Positions 63,243 through 64,000 of a DNA stretch of 64,000 bases are shown piece after piece. The notes under the pieces were generated by a model. The model saw only the letters and a program-made list of their open reading frames with translations. It was not told where the DNA came from and searched no databases. The number at the start of each line of letters is the position of its first letter. Position 1 is the stretch's first letter. The DNA is from an uncultured Gemmataceae bacterium (GTDB taxonomy: Bacteria > Planctomycetota > Planctomycetia > Gemmatales > Gemmataceae), in contig CAVVPN010000003.1 of NCBI GenBank assembly GCA_963750165.1, forward strand, positions 352,001 through 416,000. The letters are read 5' to 3'. Position numbers and translations under genes: made by a program.

Positions 63243-64000
63243 ATGAGCAAAACCATCACGCTGGCGCGGCAACTTCACCGCCTGGTGCCGGGGGCCGGGC
63301 CGGAGCAGTGGCCGGACGCGGAATTGTTGCGCCGCTACGCGGCGGGGCGCGATGAGGCCGCCTTCGCCGCCCTGGTGCGCCGCCACGGGCCGATGGTCTG
63401 GAACACCTGCCGCCGGACGCTCGGCCACCAGGACGCGGAGGACGTGTTCCAGGCGACCTTCCTGGTGCTGGCGCGGCGCTGCGGGGCGGTGCGCTGGCGT
63501 GCCTCGGTGGCGCCGTGGCTGCACGCGGTGGCTCGCCGCCTGGCCGGCAAGGCCCGCGCCCAGGCCGCCCGCCGCCCGGCACCGGCCGCGGTGGACGGCG
63601 TCAGCCCCGACCCGCTGCAGGACATAACCGCCCGCGACCTGCTGGCCGCCCTCGACGCCGAGCTGGCCCGGTTGCCGGAGTGCTGCCGCGGACCCGTGCT
63701 GCTGTGCTGGCTGGAGGGTAAGACGCAGGAGGAGACGGCCCGGTTGCTGGGCGCGTCGCTGAGCACAGTGCGGCGGCGGCTGGACGACGGCAAGCGGCTG
63801 TTGCGTGCGCGGCTGGCGCGGCGCGGCCTGGCGCCGGCGGTGCTGGTGGCGCCGGCGCTGGCGGGCGCGATCCCCGAGCGCGTGCTGGCCGGCGCCGTCT
63901 GTCGCGCTGCCGCCACGGCCCGCGCCGCGGCGCTGGCGGACGGGCTCCTGGCGGCGACGGCGGGCCGGCTGCGCGGCCCTGGCGCTGCTGCTGACGGCGT
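63243..64000 (+). CDS. ECF sigma factor with C-terminal extension (Gemmata type), partial; runs off window end
   Basis: Manual translation: DAELLRRY...DEAAFAALVRRHGPMV...DAEDVFQATFLVL...WLH.VA...LD.EL.RLP...LEGKT.EE.A..LG. Confidence 0.9.
   Translation, partial: MSKTITLARQLHRLVPGAGPEQWPDAELLRRYAAGRDEAAFAALVRRHGPMVWNTCRRTLGHQDAEDVFQATFLVLARRCGAVRWRASVAPWLHAVARRLAGKARAQAARRPAPAAVDGVSPDPLQDITARDLLAALDAELARLPECCRGPVLLCWLEGKTQEETARLLGASLSTVRRRLDDGKRLLRARLARRGLAPAVLVAPALAGAIPERVLAGAVCRAAATARAAALADGLLAATAGRLRGPGAAADG

Overview
High-GC chromosomal window from a planctomycete, most likely Gemmataceae/Gemmatales. The placement is inferred from DUF1559 prepilin-like, DUF1549/DUF1553, TIGR02996-LRR, planctomycete-type ECF sigma factors and squalene-cyclase-like repeat proteins. 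Core genes: purA, uppS, cdsA, phoH, a 7TM-HD hydrolase, nagA, rtcA, icd, an iscS-like desulfurase, xdhC/mocA and tRNA-Ala(CGC). Transport genes encode an RND pump with adaptor, an ABC exporter, an OprB/MnoP-type porin and an RcnA-like protein. A signalling/stress cluster at 0.6-8.4 kb holds a hybrid kinase, a single receiver, a sigma54 activator, a degenerate kinase and CsbD. About 12 single-frame breaks in 9 otherwise intact genes most likely reflect long-read indel errors. Intergenic DNA is dense in REP-like palindromes and MITE-like elements. Best leads: (1) a kinase-fold protein with an intact H-box but no ATP-binding motifs that could be a ChpT/Spo0B-like phosphotransferase in a sigma54 stress relay; (2) MITE shells with shared ends but different cargo, plus one MITE with an 8-bp target duplication enclosing a REPIN-like element; (3) two small two-gene modules, HEPN + SH3-like and DUF5678-like + retropepsin-like protease; (4) a terminator-containing leader upstream of purA. 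No CRISPR array, rRNA, transposase or prophage was seen.
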